Virus record (IMG/VR): IMGVR_UViG_3300022696_000137
Coordinates: 1 to 56,032 of that record
Direction: 5' to 3' (one strand)
Origin: a virus
Taxonomy: Duplodnaviria > Caudoviricetes
Length of the DNA stretch: 56,032 nucleotides
This document shows positions 29,163 to 38,114 of this stretch, piece by piece. Each line of letters starts with the position of its first letter. Within the stretch, counting starts at the first letter, position 1. Both the position numbers and the translations under genes were made by a program. The notes under the pieces were generated by a model, which saw only the letters and a program-made list of their open reading frames with translations, did no database searches and was not told where the DNA came from.

Positions 29163-30023
29163 TTATTGTGCGCCTTTACGAAGTTTTGCCAAAAATGCAT
29201 CTTTATCAACACTGGCTTTAGTTGATGGTTTTTCCTTTTGTGTTTCCTGTTTTTCCTCAGAATCTTTCTTTTCTTCAGACGGTGCATTATTAAAAAACTT
29301 ATTAGCTTTTGGTGTTTCTTCGCCAATAACTTTTGCGAATCTATCTGCCAAATCTTCATAAGATTTGAACTTATTTGGAGTTACAAACTCATTTACATCA
29401 TACAATTGTTTTACAACTTCAGAAATAATAGCATCATCAAGAGCCGATGGATTTGAAAAATTTGAACTATCATAATTTGGATATGATCTGTCACCGCTCT
29501 TAACAGTTTTAACAATAAGTTTAAAATTTGCTCCTTCATAAGGATCAAAAATCATAATTGGGTCATCAAATTTTCCTTCAATTGCATCCATAACCTTCTC
29601 TTGAATTTTCTTACCATAACGAAAAATGAACACCTTTCCTTCATTTGAAGGATTTTGTTCATCTTTGATAACTAAAATATTTGAATAATAAGAAGTTCTG
29701 CGAGAACGCCCACGAACTGTTTCAGGATCATCGTCCCAAAGATCACTATTAGCTTTACAAACTGGACAGTCTTTACCAATTGTTGTAGGACAATTATTTA
29801 TGAACCAACTACCATGGGCTTTAAATCCATGAGAATAAACTTTTGAAAACGGAATTGATTCAAGATCTTTATTAGGTAAAAAACGAATAACTGCGCTGGC
29901 TGTGCCGTTATCTCCAGGCTTAAGATAATAAATTCGTTCATCTTTAAAATTTGAATCGCCTTTCTCTGCATCTTTAATTTTTTTTGTGATTGCTCCCCAA
30001 TTCATATTCAACTTCTTAGCCAT
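29163..30023 (-). CDS. gp32: Single-stranded DNA-binding protein (T4 gp32-like)
   Basis: AVIRFLP, HGFK..WFINNCPTT..CPVC, YGKKI, GANFKL, NYDSS. Confidence 0.95.
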   Translation of the reverse strand: MAKKLNMNWGAITKKIKDAEKGDSNFKDERIYYLKPGDNGTASAVIRFLPNKDLESIPFSKVYSHGFKAHGSWFINNCPTTIGKDCPVCKANSDLWDDDPETVRGRSRRTSYYSNILVIKDEQNPSNEGKVFIFRYGKKIQEKVMDAIEGKFDDPIMIFDPYEGANFKLIVKTVKSGDRSYPNYDSSNFSNPSALDDAIISEVVKQLYDVNEFVTPNKFKSYEDLADRFAKVIGEETPKANKFFNNAPSEEKKDSEEKQETQKEKPSTKASVDKDAFLAKLRKGAQ

Positions 30024-30044
30024 TTGTGGCCTCCTTTTTGTAGA

Positions 30045-30599
30045 TTATTTTTTTATTTTTTTTATTTTTTTTATAATTCTTTTAAATTTTTTTAATTCTT
30101 CTGCTTCTTTAAAATCACTTGTTTCATCAACATCATTTTCAAGCATAATGTAAAATAACGGTGATACTCTATTTTTCATTATTAACTCATCATAAACAAA
30201 ATTCCTCCCATCTCTATTTATTTTGAAATACACTGATATATCTTTGAAATTTAATTTTTTATCAAGCTCTAATATAAACTGTTGATCTATAATAAATTGA
30301 GCTTCAGTATACAAATTTTTTATTACATTTATATTTTTAGTGTTAACATCTGCCCACTTTAATTTAGTATTAAATATAGAATTGTGTAATAAAAATAATG
30401 AAAAATCTTGATAATTAAATCTTGAATTTTCAATTTCATTATACACCTTTTTACATTGATTTTTTAAATAATCACCAGATCTATTAAACCAAGTAATACT
30501 ATGTAATTTGTCAAAAGGAACATCTTTTCCTTTTTGCCATCGTATAAAATTTTGATAAATAGAAAATACTTTAAGCGATGAGCTTTCTTTTAATCCCAT
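30045..30599 (-). CDS. Hypothetical protein, possibly gp59-like helicase loader
   Basis: Based mainly on synteny (between the gp33-like gene and gp32) and size. Confidence 0.4.
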   Translation of the reverse strand: MGLKESSSLKVFSIYQNFIRWQKGKDVPFDKLHSITWFNRSGDYLKNQCKKVYNEIENSRFNYQDFSLFLLHNSIFNTKLKWADVNTKNINVIKNLYTEAQFIIDQQFILELDKKLNFKDISVYFKINRDGRNFVYDELIMKNRVSPLFYIMLENDVDETSDFKEAEELKKFKRIIKKIKKIKK

Positions 30600-30985
30600 T
30601 AAAACACCAAATATTTTTTAAGTGAATTCTTTTTTAATTTAATATTATATTTTTCCGCCATTTCACGAACAAGAATTTCTTTATTATCCCGACTCAATAA
30701 TTCAAGAAGTTTCTTAAATGTGACATAATTTTTTTCCACAAAAATTAAAGAATTATACATATTTATCCCATGTTTAGTTTTACAAACATAAAGAAGTTCA
30801 TTAAATTTTCTTACATTTTCTTCACTAATATTTGTCCTTTTTTTGAAAAAGGTAGCAAAATTTAAACCATAAGATTTGACAATTTTAAAAAATTCTTCTT
30901 CATCTATCATAAATGAATAGGTGGATTCTACACCATTACGAAGATTGATAAATGTTTGATTAAAATTTATTGGACTTTGATTCAT
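30599..30985 (-). CDS. Putative late transcription co-activator (gp33-like)
   Basis: C-terminal helical pattern (LLELLSRDNKEILVREMAEKYN) and T4-like 33-59-32 gene order. Confidence 0.5.
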   Translation of the reverse strand: MNQSPINFNQTFINLRNGVESTYSFMIDEEEFFKIVKSYGLNFATFFKKRTNISEENVRKFNELLYVCKTKHGINMYNSLIFVEKNYVTFKKLLELLSRDNKEILVREMAEKYNIKLKKNSLKKYLVF

Positions 30986-31007
30986 TTTTTCTCCTTAATA
31001 ATATTTT

Positions 31008-31036
31008 AATATTCAATTTTTTAATATAATTGTCAA
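31008..31036 (-). promoter_or_regulatory. Repeated phage promoter TTGACAATTATA
   Basis: TTGACA-N17-AATATT. Confidence 0.75.
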
Positions 31037-31040
31037 GGGC

Positions 31041-32471
31041 TTAATCCATCTCAATACCCGTTATTTCACTTCTCTTATGTTTCTTTTCTGTTTTCATCTT
31101 CTTTAAAATATCAACGGCCGCATCATCCACAACTCTTGTAGATTTTGCATTAGATCCACTTGGTGACATTGGTTTAATTCCATTTTCAGTTTCTTCTAAA
31201 TCATCAAATATTCTCATTTTTGGATATTCAACACAAACATTTTGTTTCATCTTATTAATACCATATCTATTTTTCAATATAATAAAACAATATCTACCGG
31301 CTTCTCTATATTCATCTGTTTGGGTAACACCAACAATTAAATCCGCCGTGGCGGCTGTTCCAATAGAATCACTTACATCTGTTAAATCTATTGTTGCAGA
31401 ACTAAAACCACCACGATTAGTTTGAACAGCAGAAACAACAGGCAAACCAAATTCAACACCAATTGCACGGAGTTCTTCACTAACACGCTTTTGTTCACCA
31501 TAAGAATTATCACCATTTTTCGTGTTAATCGGAACCATAAGCCCCATATAATCCACAAAAATAATATCAGGAACAAACCCCCTTTTAACTTTAAGCTCTT
31601 TAAGAAGGTTTCTAATTTTATTTGTGTTCAAAGACCGAGGAGGAAATTCTTTAACAGAAAATTTATTAGAAAATTTACTTCCAATAGTTTTAAATTTAGA
31701 ATCAAAAGATTTTTTTGTTAAGAATCTTAATTTCCCAATATCTATATCAAATAAATTAGAAAGTATTCTTTCAGTTATTTTTTCCTCTGACATTTCAAGG
31801 GAAATATATAAAACTTTTTTATTATCAAGCAAAGCATTTACAGCAAGAGAACACATAATTAAACTTTTACCTAAATTTGTTTCCGCAAGAAACAATGATA
31901 ATGACTTCTCATGAAACCCGCCTGTTATTAATTTATCAATTGTTTTTAATCCTGAAGATACAACTTTATCTTTACTATGAAGATGTTTATAAATTCTATC
32001 CCGGCCGACATCTGAAAACAGATCCAGACCAACCTCGGTATTAAAACTAAAAGCCATTTTTTCTCTAATTTTATCTGGCGTTTCAGTTAAACCATCTAAA
32101 TCATCTTCCTTAAGAGCGGATGCCGCTTGAGCTAATTCATTTAAAATCATCTTACGTTTAAAAAAATCTTCCATCTTTTCGAGAATATATTCTTTATTGT
32201 AATCTGAAATATCTATATCCAATGATTCAAAAAGACAATCAAATGCATCTTTACTATGAAGTTCTAATTTCATTTCTGGAATAGTAGGAAAAGAATCATT
32301 CTTTTCAATAAATGATATAATAGTTTGAACAATTTCTTTTGTGGAAAATCCATCAAAAATATCAGGAATAAGGAAAGGGAGAATTTTCTCCCTTACCTCT
32401 ATGTCACTAAACAGAAATTTTATAAGTATCTTTTCAAAAAATAATGGGTCCATTTGGACATCATCCGACAT
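31041..32471 (-). CDS. gp41: Replicative DnaB-like helicase (T4 gp41)
   Basis: AETNLGKS, YISLEMSE, FVDY, QTNR, KNRYG. Confidence 0.95.
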   Translation of the reverse strand: MSDDVQMDPLFFEKILIKFLFSDIEVREKILPFLIPDIFDGFSTKEIVQTIISFIEKNDSFPTIPEMKLELHSKDAFDCLFESLDIDISDYNKEYILEKMEDFFKRKMILNELAQAASALKEDDLDGLTETPDKIREKMAFSFNTEVGLDLFSDVGRDRIYKHLHSKDKVVSSGLKTIDKLITGGFHEKSLSLFLAETNLGKSLIMCSLAVNALLDNKKVLYISLEMSEEKITERILSNLFDIDIGKLRFLTKKSFDSKFKTIGSKFSNKFSVKEFPPRSLNTNKIRNLLKELKVKRGFVPDIIFVDYMGLMVPINTKNGDNSYGEQKRVSEELRAIGVEFGLPVVSAVQTNRGGFSSATIDLTDVSDSIGTAATADLIVGVTQTDEYREAGRYCFIILKNRYGINKMKQNVCVEYPKMRIFDDLEETENGIKPMSPSGSNAKSTRVVDDAAVDILKKMKTEKKHKRSEITGIEMD

Positions 32472-32472
32472 A

Positions 32473-33525
32473 TTATTTTTCCTTTTTCATTTTTTTCTTA
32501 TTAATAAGTGCATATTTTCTTTCAATCATTTCCATCAAATTAGAATTCTCTATAACATTTTCCCAAAATTCAGAATTTAAATCATTATCTTTTTCTTTAA
32601 TTGTTTTGTTTTTAAATTCTAATGCTTTAGAATTACCAATTTTAGTTGCATTAACAACACCTAAATCAAGAGCTAATTCAGCAAGACCGGAATATTTTCT
32701 AATACCTTCATCATAATAAACATCAATTGGTATAGAAGTTTTTTCTCTAATATAACGTGATTTATTAACTCTGATAACAAATTGATGTCCTAACAATTCC
32801 TTACCATCTTTAATCATTCTCTTACCAATTATCCAAACGTTATCCGCCGCAAGTTCTCCTCCTTGACCACCACCTACAATATCTGTTGGAATAAAATCTT
32901 GAGTTTTATAAGTATGATTTATATTAACCAAAGGAATATCAAGTAATTTTATATTAAGTGTTACTGTTCTCCAAAAACTTTTAAGACCTTTGGCTCGAGA
33001 CATATCAACTTTAATTTTTCCGTCTAAAGCGTCTGCAATTTCTTTTTTACTTGCCATTTGACCAATAGAATCAATAAAAATCATTACCCTTGCATTAGGA
33101 TCATTTAATTTTTTCAAATTATCAAGTTGTTGATTTAATTCAATTTTCATTTCTTCAACGCTTGGAATTGGTGTCCATACAATCCTGGATGTATCAAGAC
33201 CAAACAATTCAAGATAATCTGGTGGTGAACCTAATTCAGTATCATAAAACATACAAATTCCATCAGGATATTTATTTTGGAATGCTTTAATCAAATATAA
33301 ACCAAAAAGTGTTTTAAATCTTTTAGATTCACCGGCAAGAGTCAAAACACCACCACGCAAACCGCCTTTTGCTTTTCCTGATAAAGCAATATTAAGAACT
33401 GGAATATCTGTTGGGCATTCTAAAACTTCTCTATTAAAAACTTTAGATTCACTTATTTTTGAAGTGAATTTTGAATTAGAATTTTTAATAAGAAATTCCG
33501 CAAGATTTGTTTCTTTTTTAGCCAT
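32473..33525 (-). CDS. uvsX: RecA-like recombinase
   Basis: LNIALSG, GESKRFKT, YDTE, IDSIG, DMSRAK, KSR. Confidence 0.93.
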   Translation of the reverse strand: MAKKETNLAEFLIKNSNSKFTSKISESKVFNREVLECPTDIPVLNIALSGKAKGGLRGGVLTLAGESKRFKTLFGLYLIKAFQNKYPDGICMFYDTELGSPPDYLELFGLDTSRIVWTPIPSVEEMKIELNQQLDNLKKLNDPNARVMIFIDSIGQMASKKEIADALDGKIKVDMSRAKGLKSFWRTVTLNIKLLDIPLVNINHTYKTQDFIPTDIVGGGQGGELAADNVWIIGKRMIKDGKELLGHQFVIRVNKSRYIREKTSIPIDVYYDEGIRKYSGLAELALDLGVVNATKIGNSKALEFKNKTIKEKDNDLNSEFWENVIENSNLMEMIERKYALINKKKMKKEK

Positions 33526-33534
33526 TCATCCTCC

Positions 33535-36500
33535 TTAATAACTTAATAATTTTTTCATCTTAGATTTTTTAAGATTAATTTGATTCCATCCTAATACATC
33601 AAAAAATCTTTGAATTATTGTTAAAAATGATTTTTCAAACTGAAGTTCATAATCAATTTCAAAAATATCTTCAAACTCTTTAGGATATTGATTAATAAAT
33701 GCTATTACATTTTGTTTTAAGTAATTATTTTCTTTGATAAATACAAACTTTAACTTTGTACCATTGTTTACAGGAACTAAACCATCAATCCCCTTTTTAG
33801 CAATTGTATAATTGTAATTAATTGCTGCTCGAGCATGAATTGGAACCCCCTTCTTATACTTTAACCCATCTTTTAAATATGTTTTAATTGGATCCGCATA
33901 TTTTGTATATTCAGATATACCACGTGGCGATGAAATTTCAGAAATATCTTGTTTTTTAAATTCTTTTTTAACTTCTTTTAATTTTGTGATTACTTCTTCC
34001 TTATCTTTTGTATCAAAAATCAAATCAACAATGTTTGGAAGTATTTTTCTATTATATGCAGGAGTACTTGTTTTTATAATTTCAATTCCCGTAACCTTCA
34101 TTTTAGGTTTATCATAAATTTTACCTTCATTATCCTTGACTCTTGTCACATATTTTTTCTTTGCAAGGATAATCATGTCTGTGATGACTTTCTCTTTTTC
34201 AAAAACAATCAACTGCGGAACACCAAATTTTTCTGCATAAAGATTCAATATATCCTGAAAGAATGGCTTTAAAAAATCATCATTGAAATGATTAATCCAT
34301 TCCACAAATTCATCATCTGTAACAAAATTCAATCCAAGTTTTTGGAATGTTTCATCGAAACAGAAATAATTAGAGTTGTGAACTAAAATATCATTAGCAA
34401 AAAAGTTATGGTTATCTTCAACTTCAATATCATAAACATCCATTTCTTTAATACCCAAATCTTCAATTTCAAACTCTTTTGTAGTAAACATTTTTAATCC
34501 TCCAAAAAACTTAAACATTTTTTTTACAACAATTTCATCTCCTGGTAAAATATCTTTAGGAGAAACATCTATATAAAAACCATTTCTTTTTATAATAATC
34601 GAATGATCTTCAGTGCAAACAACTTCTTTATCTTTAAATTTTATTTTATACATTCTCTTTTTGACTTTATGTTTTGAAATATAGTTAACTTTTCCGAAAT
34701 TTTCTTCTAATTTTGTGGGTAAATTATAAGAGGTTTTTTTAGTTTTCCCAGACAACACCTTTAAATTACATTGATTGTGTAAACTAACAATTTCATTTTC
34801 TTCTTCATTAGAACCATAAACATCTTTATACTTATTAAACAAATCTTCAATAGTTTTATCGCCTTCATTTGTAATTAAAATAGAATCACCAGCAACACTG
34901 TCTGTATCTATTAATATACAAGGATTATTTTTAAGTTTATTTTTTTCATCTCTAATAGGAAAATATGTTTTATTCTGCCAAAAATAATTCTTAAAATAAT
35001 CATTTGTGGTTTCTGACAAATATTTAATTAAATGCTGGCTTGACAAAGTAATAGTCATAGCACAATAATTATTATAAAGATGAAAATGTTTATTACCTAA
35101 AACTCCATACATACTGTTGATTAAAATCTTTCTAATTTGCTGTTGTCTATCATAATATGATTGAAGGTCTTTATCGCCGTTATCTCTGGCTTCATACATT
35201 AATTTTTTCATATCTTTACGTTCATTAAAAATCTTACTAACAATTTTAGATAAAACACTAACTTTATCTTTCCTATAATATATACCACCAACCTTTAATT
35301 TTTCCCCACCAGTAAGATTCCAAGTTTTATATTCTGAAACAGGACAAGAATAAAGATTCTTTTTCTCTTCTTCTGAAGGATTAAGAACGAGTGTATCGGG
35401 ACCAATATTGTATTGCATAATCATGTGGGGGTACATACTGGCGACATCTAATGAAACCACTTTCTGATACATACCTGGAATTGCCATCACAAAAGCTCCG
35501 GGCAATTTTTCCTTGTGTGATTTTTCTCTATCTGGAAGAACCATTCCTTGTTCATGAAGAAATTTTAAAATATATCCCGTCAAAACACTCATTTGAGAAA
35601 AAACTGCTTGGAATGGAACAAGAGCTTGATAAGCAATATTGACCACAAGTTCAATAAATCTAAGCTTATTTTCAAGCTTTTCAACAAGCAATACATCTTG
35701 AACATTATAATTAACAAAATTATGCCAATCATCTCGCCACGCTGTGTTTATTGTACCTTCATAATCCAGCTTTCCTTCTCCGATTTCTAACGTTCCTATT
35801 GCTTGTAAAGAATAACTGTCTCTTGGAGAATATGTGAATTTTTTATATAATGCTCTTAAATCGAGTATTGCTACACCACCAAATCTAACATCACCTTTAT
35901 AAGTTATTTTATCATCATTAACTGGTGAAAAACATTTTTTTATACCAAGATTTTCTTTTCTGTTTTGTAAATATAAAAAATCAAATTCATCTGAATACCA
36001 TCCTGTAAAAATGTCAACCTTCTCTTTACGACTAATTTCTATAGCCTTTTCAATTAATTTTTTTTCGTCCGGAATCCAATGATATTCCTTTACAAAACTT
36101 TCTCCTGAAACCTTAGTTTCATCAAATTCACGAAGACCTAAAGTTACTAATCTTCCTGATTGAGAAAATTTCATTGTAATAAGATTAACGGGCCATTTTG
36201 CTTCTTCTGGTTTAGGAAACTCATTTGGTGACTCAACTTCAATATCAAGAAAACATATATTAATATCTTTCATATTTGGAGTAAGTGTTTTACCAAGATA
36301 TCTTTGTTGAAGATATTTAACTTCTATTGGAATATCTGTTTCGCAAGTTTTAATTCCTGTTTCCCTAAAAGCTTTCATTCTATCAATATCCTCGGCTATT
36401 TTAGGAACTACAGGACTTTCATAAATATCTGTTATTTCTGATTTTTTAGTTTTATCAGGAATATAAAAAACCAATTCTGGTTTTTCTTCTATCTTTACTG

Positions 36501-36570
36501 TTTTACCATTATTTATTTCCCAAAGCTGAATTTTGTTTGACTTTTGATTGTAGTAAATACGTTTGAACAT
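33535..36570 (-). CDS. gp43: Family B DNA polymerase (T4 gp43-like) containing an intein
   Basis: DIE exonuclease motif, DVASMYP, KILINSMYG, DTD|S interrupted by the intein, KKKY. Confidence 0.96.
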   Translation of the reverse strand: MFKRIYYNQKSNKIQLWEINNGKTVKIEEKPELVFYIPDKTKKSEITDIYESPVVPKIAEDIDRMKAFRETGIKTCETDIPIEVKYLQQRYLGKTLTPNMKDINICFLDIEVESPNEFPKPEEAKWPVNLITMKFSQSGRLVTLGLREFDETKVSGESFVKEYHWIPDEKKLIEKAIEISRKEKVDIFTGWYSDEFDFLYLQNRKENLGIKKCFSPVNDDKITYKGDVRFGGVAILDLRALYKKFTYSPRDSYSLQAIGTLEIGEGKLDYEGTINTAWRDDWHNFVNYNVQDVLLVEKLENKLRFIELVVNIAYQALVPFQAVFSQMSVLTGYILKFLHEQGMVLPDREKSHKEKLPGAFVMAIPGMYQKVVSLDVASMYPHMIMQYNIGPDTLVLNPSEEEKKNLYSCPVSEYKTWNLTGGEKLKVGGIYYRKDKVSVLSKIVSKIFNERKDMKKLMYEARDNGDKDLQSYYDRQQQIRKILINSMYGVLGNKHFHLYNNYCAMTITLSSQHLIKYLSETTNDYFKNYFWQNKTYFPIRDEKNKLKNNPCILIDTDSVAGDSILITNEGDKTIEDLFNKYKDVYGSNEEENEIVSLHNQCNLKVLSGKTKKTSYNLPTKLEENFGKVNYISKHKVKKRMYKIKFKDKEVVCTEDHSIIIKRNGFYIDVSPKDILPGDEIVVKKMFKFFGGLKMFTTKEFEIEDLGIKEMDVYDIEVEDNHNFFANDILVHNSNYFCFDETFQKLGLNFVTDDEFVEWINHFNDDFLKPFFQDILNLYAEKFGVPQLIVFEKEKVITDMIILAKKKYVTRVKDNEGKIYDKPKMKVTGIEIIKTSTPAYNRKILPNIVDLIFDTKDKEEVITKLKEVKKEFKKQDISEISSPRGISEYTKYADPIKTYLKDGLKYKKGVPIHARAAINYNYTIAKKGIDGLVPVNNGTKLKFVFIKENNYLKQNVIAFINQYPKEFEDIFEIDYELQFEKSFLTIIQRFFDVLGWNQINLKKSKMKKLLSY
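34375..34899 (-). mobile_element. Mini-intein (175 aa) in the polymerase DTDS motif, no endonuclease domain; possibly split
   Basis: Begins SVAGDS, has block B CTEDHS, ends YDIEVEDNHNFFANDILVHN followed by +1 Ser. Removal restores IDTDSNYF. Confidence 0.92.
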
Positions 36571-36594
36571 GTACTGTCCTTTCTGGCTTCGTCA

Positions 36595-36820
36595 TTACTC
36601 GTATGACTTACCGATTAATAAGTTAACAACTGTCTCTTCTTTTTTACCTCTGTAACCTTGGCGGACAAATAGGTATTGTTTTTGGTCTGAATCAAATTGA
36701 TATTATCTTTATATTAGGGAAACTTCTGATCATAGTTTTAATGTAGATAGCTACACCACCAGCGAAAAATATGTGTGCTGGTTTTACAATTATCGCTATT
36801 TTCTTATCAAATTTATTCAT
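36595..36820 (-). pseudogene. Probable truncated glycosyltransferase relic
   Basis: 42-codon ORF MNKFDKKIAIIVKPAHIFFAGGVAIYIKTM (like a GT-B N-terminus) with SD and promoter, then an out-of-frame fragment of about 35 codons. Confidence 0.4.
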
Positions 36821-36851
36821 AAAAACCCCTTCAATGTGAAATCGCTATAAT

Positions 36852-36880
36852 AATATTCAATTTCACAATATAATTGTCAA
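36852..36880 (-). promoter_or_regulatory. Repeated phage promoter TTGACAATTATA
   Basis: TTGACA-N17-AATATT upstream of the relic ORF and the polymerase. Confidence 0.75.
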
Positions 36881-36937
36881 ATTCTGAAAGTCGACGCCAA
36901 CATATTGAAGAGAAAATTTAAGACATACAACATGCTG

Positions 36938-37837
36938 TTATTTACGCCATTGAGGATAATTTTCGTAAATGTAATCCTCTAATACCTGGAAAGACTCTTT
37001 AAGTTTTTCTATGTTTCCTTCTCGATTGTTGAAGGCTGCCGCCTTGCCATGACCACCACCAAGATTAAGGTCATTAATAATCTTACCCAAATTTACATCA
37101 TCCGATTTTGATCTTACACTAATGTGTTTACTTCTTGCATTCTGAACCAATACAAGTTCATAACCATCTTTGTAAAGTAAGCGGTCTGCTATATCGTTAA
37201 GGAATTGTGTTACAGGAACGAAACAAGCATTGATTTTTTCGAACTCGAAAACTAATAACTTATCATAGGTTTCAAAAAACTCTTTTCTACGTTGACGAAA
37301 GAAACTTAATTCCTGAGGAGTAAATCTAACATCACCATTCATAAAACGCATCCTAAATTTGGTGTCGCCCATCTTCCAAAATAATTCATTGATGAAACGA
37401 CTCTTATGCCAATTATGAATCCAAAGATCATAATCGTTGGCGTATCTAACTAAATCATTTAAATGATTTAGATTAATATTATATGTTTCTTCAACCCAAT
37501 TTTTTGTTAAAAGTGCACCACAAACCCCATCAATGGAATAAATGTTTTTTTCAGGATTAAATATTTTCTTAGACCCTTGATGATGATCTAAAATAATAAT
37601 TTTATCAGTACTATCTAAAGTTTCAACTTGCTTAGGAAAGCAATCAGTAACAAAAATAGCATCGTAATCTTCTAAATTAGTTTTTTCAATTATAGAATCA
37701 ACATTTGTAAAGGTACAACTAATACATTTAATATTTTTAAAATAATTTGCTAAAACTATTGAGCATGTAACACCATCAAAATCCCAATGGCTTATACTTA
37801 ATATTCTACTATCCCGTGTTAATTTTTTTGGGTTCAT
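36938..37837 (-). CDS. DHH-family phosphoesterase
   Basis: SHWDFDG, VTD, LDHH, SVRS, GGGHGKAA. Confidence 0.9.
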   Translation of the reverse strand: MNPKKLTRDSRILSISHWDFDGVTCSIVLANYFKNIKCISCTFTNVDSIIEKTNLEDYDAIFVTDCFPKQVETLDSTDKIIILDHHQGSKKIFNPEKNIYSIDGVCGALLTKNWVEETYNINLNHLNDLVRYANDYDLWIHNWHKSRFINELFWKMGDTKFRMRFMNGDVRFTPQELSFFRQRRKEFFETYDKLLVFEFEKINACFVPVTQFLNDIADRLLYKDGYELVLVQNARSKHISVRSKSDDVNLGKIINDLNLGGGHGKAAAFNNREGNIEKLKESFQVLEDYIYENYPQWRK

Positions 37838-37867
37838 TTAATCCTCTCTTTTATAAATCATATTTTC

Positions 37868-37896
37868 AATATTCAATTTTATAATATAATTGTCAA
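37868..37896 (-). promoter_or_regulatory. Repeated phage promoter TTGACAATTATA
   Basis: TTGACA-N17-AATATT. Confidence 0.75.
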
Positions 37897-37917
37897 ATTG
37901 ACTCTTCAAAATTATCT

Positions 37918-38103
37918 TCAAAATATTTTTTTTGCAACATACCATTGATCTTTATGATTTTTAGGGTTTCTTGCAACCATTCCCATATCTGTCTCAGGAT
38001 CATCGACATTACTAACACTAATATTTGTTAAATCTTCTCCTTTAATATAAGGTCTCATCTCTGCATAATTTTTTCTTCGGTATTTTTTAAATGCGATTTC
38101 CAT
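37918..38103 (-). CDS. Small conserved phage protein (probably extends to 37893 after homopolymer correction)
   Basis: AEMRPYIKGE...GMVARNPKNHKDQWYVAKK; GGAG SD. Confidence 0.7.
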   Translation of the reverse strand: MEIAFKKYRRKNYAEMRPYIKGEDLTNISVSNVDDPETDMGMVARNPKNHKDQWYVAKKIF

Positions 38104-38114
38104 TTTTTTTCTCC

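Noticed and set aside
29156-29359. 67-aa ORF overlapping the SSB 3' end
   Set aside because: It is an alternative frame over the low-complexity gp32 tail with no independent evidence.
1505-35790. Many short + strand ORFs antisense to the minus-strand genes (for example 1505, 5757, 12534, 22834, 31422, 35451)
   Set aside because: They are shadow frames of well-supported genes, with no SD or recognisable motifs and hydrophobic composition expected from reverse-complemented Lys/Glu codons.
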